Shown one piece after another: positions 56,508 through 59,635 of a DNA stretch of 59,635 nucleotides (position 1 is its first letter; the number at the start of each line of letters is the position of its first letter). The notes beneath the pieces were generated by a model. That model saw only the letters and a list, made by a program, of their open reading frames with translations, did not search any database and was not told the DNA's origin. The translations under genes and the position numbers were made by a program. Source of the stretch: Legionellaceae bacterium (GTDB lineage Bacteria > Pseudomonadota > Gammaproteobacteria > Legionellales > Legionellaceae); the NCBI GenBank assembly GCA_947505025.1, contig CANNIJ010000001.1:1-59635 (forward strand). The letters run 5' to 3'.

Positions 56508-57713
56508 ATGATAATTCAACCTAAAATTCGCGGATTCATTTGCACAACAGCACATCCGGCTGGCTGCAGACAGTCGGTTGAAGAACAAATAAACTACGTT
56601 AAAGCCGCCGGTAGCTTTGCTGGCCCCAAAAGAGTTCTTATAATTGGTGCCTCAACTGGATATGGCTTGGCCACACGTATTGTTAGTGCATTTGGTATGA
56701 AATCCAAAACAATTGGAGTTTTTTATGAGCGCGGCGCAGAGAATAAGCGCACAGCATCGCCCGGATGGTACAATACGGCTGCATTTGAGGAGTTTGCTCA
56801 CGCACAATCTTTATATGCAAAAAGTATTAATGGTGACGCATTTTCTACCGCTATAAAAGAACGGACTGCAGATTTAATTCGTCAAGACTGGGGACAAGTT
56901 GATTGTGTGATCTACAGTCTTGCATCACCAAGACGCCAAGATCCACGCACCGGTCATGTATATTCTTCAGTATTAAAACCAGTGGGCGCAGCCTACACGG
57001 GTAAAAATGTTGACACCTTTACCGGCGATGTACATGACATCACGTTAACTCCAGCCTCTGCTGAAGATATTGACAATACTATCGCAGTCATGGGTGGCGA
57101 TGATTGGGAGTTATGGATTGACTACTTGCGCGAACAAAACCTGTTAGCTGAAGGTGTGGTTACTCTGGCTTACTCTTATATTGGACCTGAATTAACTTAT
57201 CCAATTTATAAAAATGGCACAATTGGACGTGCAAAAGAGGATTTGAAAAAAACTTCGGACAAATTAAACGAGACGTTAAGATCAATTAATGGTCATGCAC
57301 GCATTGCAATTAACAAGGCATTAGTCACGCAAGCCAGTGCTGCAATACCCGTGGTGCCTCTATATATTTCTTTGTTGTATCGCCTGATGAAGGAAGCAGG
57401 AACGCATGAAGGATGTATCGAACAAATGTATCGTTTGTTTCACGATCACTCTACCAGCATGACCGACAATCTAGCAAATGATTTTATCCGTTTAGATGAC
57501 TATGAAATGGCTGAGGATATCCAACAAAAAATCCGTGATATTTGGCCGGAACTTTGTTCTGAAAATGTTTCTGATCTCACAGACATACAAGGCTATCGTG
57601 AAGAATTCTATCATTTGTTTGGCTTTGATTGGCCAGAGATCGACGTCCAACAGGACATTAATCCAGTGGTGAATATCCCATCTATTCTTGACAATCCAGA
57701 GCACGGAGCTTAG
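56508..57713 (+). CDS. fabV: Enoyl-ACP reductase FabV (trans-2-enoyl reductase family)
   Basis: The ATG at 56508 follows SD aggag. MIIQPKIRGFICTTAHPAGC is the FabV N-terminus, and YKNGTIGRAK shows the Y-X8-K spacing. Confidence 0.92.
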   Translation: MIIQPKIRGFICTTAHPAGCRQSVEEQINYVKAAGSFAGPKRVLIIGASTGYGLATRIVSAFGMKSKTIGVFYERGAENKRTASPGWYNTAAFEEFAHAQSLYAKSINGDAFSTAIKERTADLIRQDWGQVDCVIYSLASPRRQDPRTGHVYSSVLKPVGAAYTGKNVDTFTGDVHDITLTPASAEDIDNTIAVMGGDDWELWIDYLREQNLLAEGVVTLAYSYIGPELTYPIYKNGTIGRAKEDLKKTSDKLNETLRSINGHARIAINKALVTQASAAIPVVPLYISLLYRLMKEAGTHEGCIEQMYRLFHDHSTSMTDNLANDFIRLDDYEMAEDIQQKIRDIWPELCSENVSDLTDIQGYREEFYHLFGFDWPEIDVQQDINPVVNIPSILDNPEHGA

Positions 57714-57741
57714 GATCAGGCATTATTTTTAGGAGTGTGCC

Positions 57742-58737
57742 ATGCACACTCCTAACTGGAGTACGGGCATGAAGATTCAGCAATTACAAGCGCCGGTCCG
57801 TAACGATTTTGCCGCGGTTAATAACTTAATTATTCATCGCATTCAAGAACAAAGCGGTATAATTGATGACTTGTCCAATCATATAATCCAAAGTGGCGGT
57901 AAACGATTAAGGCCATTGCTGGTATTATTAGCCAGTCATGCATGTAATTATTCAGGTCAGAATCATATTAAACTAGCTGCAATGATAGAATTTTTACATA
58001 CAGCCAGTTTACTTCATGATGATGTAATCGATGAATCGGCATTACGCCGAGGACGTGAGACTGCGCATAAAATTTGGGGAAGTAAAGCCAGCATTTTAGT
58101 TGGCGACTATTTGTTCACTCAATATATGCAGCTGATGATTGACGTCGGTGACATGAACATCATTCAAATATTAACCAATATAGTACATAGAATAACATGC
58201 AGCGAACTTAAACAGTTATCCAATAAACATGATCCATACATTACGGTTAATGATTATATGGAAGTGATTCAATCTAAAACATCATCGCTGTTTTCAGTCT
58301 CAGCACGTTTGGGAGCCTTGATTAGCGGTGCTAATCAAGAAACTGAACATGCATTAACTGCGTATGGCTTGCATTTAGGTAATATCTTTCAATTAATTGA
58401 TGACGCATTAGATTATTGTTCAGACGCACAAACCATGGGAAAAAATGCAGGAGATGATTTGGCGGATGGTAAAGTTACCATGCCATTACTACACGCCTTA
58501 AAGCATGGCACACCAGCACAACAAGAGACCATAGTCGATAGTATCAAACATGGTCGACGGGAAAAATTACCAGAGATTTTGGCTGTAATTAACTCAACCA
58601 AAGCTATTGAATATACTAAAAGCGTGGCCGCCACAGAAGCGGCACTAGCAAAACAAGCCTTGTGTATATTACCTGAATCTATCTATAAAGCAGCGCTGCT
58701 CGGCGTGGTTGATTATGCTCTGCAGCGTGACCATTAA
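57742..58737 (+). CDS. ispB: Octaprenyl-diphosphate synthase
   Basis: It has the polyprenyl synthase DDxxD motifs LLHDDVIDE and LIDDALDY. An alternative start lies at 57769. Confidence 0.93.
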   Translation: MHTPNWSTGMKIQQLQAPVRNDFAAVNNLIIHRIQEQSGIIDDLSNHIIQSGGKRLRPLLVLLASHACNYSGQNHIKLAAMIEFLHTASLLHDDVIDESALRRGRETAHKIWGSKASILVGDYLFTQYMQLMIDVGDMNIIQILTNIVHRITCSELKQLSNKHDPYITVNDYMEVIQSKTSSLFSVSARLGALISGANQETEHALTAYGLHLGNIFQLIDDALDYCSDAQTMGKNAGDDLADGKVTMPLLHALKHGTPAQQETIVDSIKHGRREKLPEILAVINSTKAIEYTKSVAATEAALAKQALCILPESIYKAALLGVVDYALQRDH

Positions 58738-59252
58738 GGTGCGCTTGAAGATCCGCCCAAGCAATCCAAAATTGCACTAATTGCATTGCATATTGTATTG
58801 GAACCATCAACCAGTTCTGAAGGTAAGGCTGGCGCGGCACTAAAAAAAGAGCAACAACACGCGGTAACTGGAGACGGGTCGCAACAAGTCAGATTTAGTT
58901 CACAGCTCTGATTGCAACAAGTAACGCTGTCATTTAGAGTCAAGCCATTAGCACTGACTGAGCTAGATTCGCTGGAACCAAAGATGGTGACTCCATTAAT
59001 ATTCGTTGAATCTGATTGTGCATAATTAGCACCGCTGCTGTTGATACTTTGTTGTAAGTTTTGTTGTTCAGAATATCCAAAAATATCAACATTTTCGGTG
59101 GTACCACTCGCATAACCGTTACTACCCACTCCAGTATAAGTCTTCCAGCCAAAATCGTTCGAGCCACTTACTATACTCACATCAGCACCCGTAGTTAAAG
59201 TGTTATGGGTTGCACTAGTATCAATAGAACTTTGCATATTAATATTCCTCAT
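58734..59252 (-). CDS. Orphan Ser/Asn/Gly-rich protein with Cys-cluster C-terminal region
   Basis: SD gagga favours the second ATG (59237). The C-terminal part reads VTCCNQSCELNLTCCDPSPVTACCCSFF...ICNAISAILDC. There is no signal peptide. Its stop codon overlaps the ispB stop (TTAA). Confidence 0.55.
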   Translation of the reverse strand: MRNINMQSSIDTSATHNTLTTGADVSIVSGSNDFGWKTYTGVGSNGYASGTTENVDIFGYSEQQNLQQSINSSGANYAQSDSTNINGVTIFGSSESSSVSANGLTLNDSVTCCNQSCELNLTCCDPSPVTACCCSFFSAAPALPSELVDGSNTICNAISAILDCLGGSSSAP

Positions 59253-59433
59253 TTTATGTTACAAATACACCATTAGTCTTCATGATATATAACTTTTAGA
59301 CTAAACGACGGCTTAATTGCATCATTAATAATCTAGTTATGCAATTCTTGAGCCAAAAATACAGCAGCAAGGACTCTCCCTGAGTGGCACGATCTCTAAC
59401 ATAACAATCGATATAAATTGTTCCACTCAGGAT

Positions 59434-59635
59434 TCAGTTCATTATGGTTAATTTATGATCCGTGAAAACATCATGATAATCAGAGCGCCGGTTCCCATAT
59501 TTTACCAGCTTTCTATCCTGGCAATTAGGACAGCTCTCAACCACCGACTCTATCAGAGTAATTTGTTCTTTGAACAGCGCATCTTGGCAAGAATGAACCA
59601 ATTTAACTTGCTCTAGATGTGCGAATCCAAAGTTA
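59434..59635 (-). CDS. 3' part of an ORF truncated by the window edge; CxxC zinc-ribbon-like (possible IS/transposase remnant)
   Basis: My hand translation gives NFGFAHLEQVKLVHSCQDALFKEQITLIESVVESCPNCQDRKLVKYGNRRSDYHDVFTDHKLTIMN*. The stop is at 59434-59436. Any family assignment is speculative. Confidence 0.3.
   Translation of the reverse strand, partial: NFGFAHLEQVKLVHSCQDALFKEQITLIESVVESCPNCQDRKLVKYGNRRSDYHDVFTDHKLTIMN

Overview
This 59.6-kb window comes from a low-GC gammaproteobacterial chromosome. I infer a Legionellales-like intracellular lineage from three things: a Com1-type DsbA, a eukaryote-like cN-II 5'-nucleotidase, and conserved blocks (yibN-grxC-secB-gpsA, leuS-lptE-holA, ftsK-lolA, FabV/FabL). 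Most of the window is densely packed housekeeping genes: uvrD, glyQS, leuS, purB-nadBA, hemCDXY, mpl, yhdP, lolA, ftsK, trxB, lipA, pdxB, xseA and ispB. There is one tRNA-Leu(CAA). The core is interrupted by small accessory islets. (1) 13.8-19.65 kb starts with a truncated IS6-family element that still has its terminal inverted repeat. It carries a SEC-C protein, a zeta-toxin-like P-loop kinase with an overlapping downstream small ORF, a probably frameshifted GNAT, an L,D-transpeptidase, and a permuted-papain-like orphan with an in-frame 12-bp tandem repeat encoding (NSPR)n. (2) A set of orphans lies next to the tRNA-Leu: an atypical receiver-domain protein, a divergent DHFR-like protein and a DUF333-like protein. 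(3) Single orphans include a 471-aa protein, a PPPDE/DeSI-like tail-anchored protein and a Cys-rich 172-aa protein. The most coherent multi-gene system is a five-gene, translationally coupled operon at 48.9-53.6 kb: AcpXL-like ACP, didomain dehydratase, KS, Cys-less KS and an LpxL-family acyltransferase. I read it as a very-long-chain fatty acid / lipid A acylation module. A divergent FabL/FabV pair with a palindromic candidate operator sits nearby. No CRISPR array, rRNA gene or intact mobile element was seen. All functional calls rest on motif recognition from the translations, not on database searches.
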